From Octopus sinensis (lineage: Eukaryota): a DNA stretch of 7,832 nt. Location of the stretch: the NCBI RefSeq assembly GCF_006345805.1, contig NW_021828749.1:1-7832 (forward strand). The letters are read 5' to 3'. The notes beneath the pieces are model-generated. The model did not search any database. It saw only the letters and a list, made by a program, of their open reading frames with translations, and had not been told where the DNA came from. Made by a program: the position numbers and the translations under genes. Shown here piece after piece: positions 7,366 through 7,832 of the stretch. The stretch's first letter is position 1; each line of letters opens with the position of its first letter.

Positions 7366-7401
<36 letters not shown>
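7366..7401. repeat. (TA)n microsatellite
   Basis: Direct reading. Confidence 0.9.
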
Positions 7402-7405
<4 letters not shown>

Positions 7406-7416
7406 TATTTATACAT

Positions 7417-7804
7417 AGGCGCAGGAGTGGCCGTGTGGTAAGTAGCTTGCTTACCAGCCGCATGGTTCCGGGTTCATTCCCACTGCGTGGTACTTTGGGT
7501 AAGTGTCTTCTACTATAGCCTAGGGCCGATCAAAGCCGTGTGAGTGGATTTGGCTGACGGAAACTGAAAGAAGCCCGTCGTATATATATACGTATATATA
7601 TGTTTATGTGTTTGTGTCTGTCTCCCAATATCACTTGACAATCGATGCTGATAATGTAGCGGTTCGGCAAAAAGGACCGATAGAATAAGTACTAGGCTTA
7701 CAAAGAATAAGTCCTGGGGTCGATTTGCTCGTCTAAAGGCGGTGCTCCAGCATGGCCACAGTCAAATGACTGAAACAAGTAAAAGATTAAAAGAGTAAAA
7801 GAGT
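7417..7804 (+). mobile_element. Full-length SINE family B
   Basis: A box TGGCCGTGTGG at 7428-7438 and B box GGTTCATTCCC at 7471-7481. It has a ~15 bp internal deletion near 7650 relative to 1080-1485, and a tail of three TAAAAGA(T/G) units at 7780-7803. Confidence 0.92.
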
Positions 7805-7832
7805 ATATATTGGTAAATCAAATATAAACGAT

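Noticed and set aside
113-7518. Supplied ORFs as host protein-coding genes
   Set aside because: Most overlap SINEs, microsatellites (IY, CV and poly-S repeats) or the palindrome. The informative ones (3597..3779, 3861..4175, 4353..4607, 4409..4651, 7003..7323) are fragments of decayed retroelements. The remaining short ORFs show no recognisable domain.
1-7832. CRISPR arrays, rRNA or prokaryotic operons
   Set aside because: There is no regular repeat-spacer structure or gene-dense organisation; the window has the character of metazoan intergenic or intronic DNA.

Overview
AT-rich, microsatellite-dense eukaryotic non-coding DNA. The SINE sequences match families I recall from Octopus genomes (recognition from memory, no database search). 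No intact host gene was found; the supplied ORFs are repeat artefacts or pieces of decayed retroelements. Contents: (i) three copies of one tRNA-derived SINE ('family A') and four of a second, CORE-like SINE ('family B'); (ii) a ~1.6 kb decayed L1/Tx1-type LINE ORF2 remnant on the minus strand and a weaker CR1/L2-like RT remnant; (iii) a Penelope-like element (PLE) 3' end with a GIY-YIG C-terminal peptide. The main result is three minimal type I hammerhead ribozyme motifs, none with the canonical C3-G8 core pair. A U3-A8 variant lies downstream of the GIY-YIG fragment (6982-7021, minus). Two A3-U8 variants sit head-to-head at the centre of a ~224 bp near-perfect foldback (855-1078). All three share a 2-bp GC/GC stem II. 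The two intact ones have a self-complementary ACCGGT stem III, the architecture known for dimer-forming PLE hammerheads.
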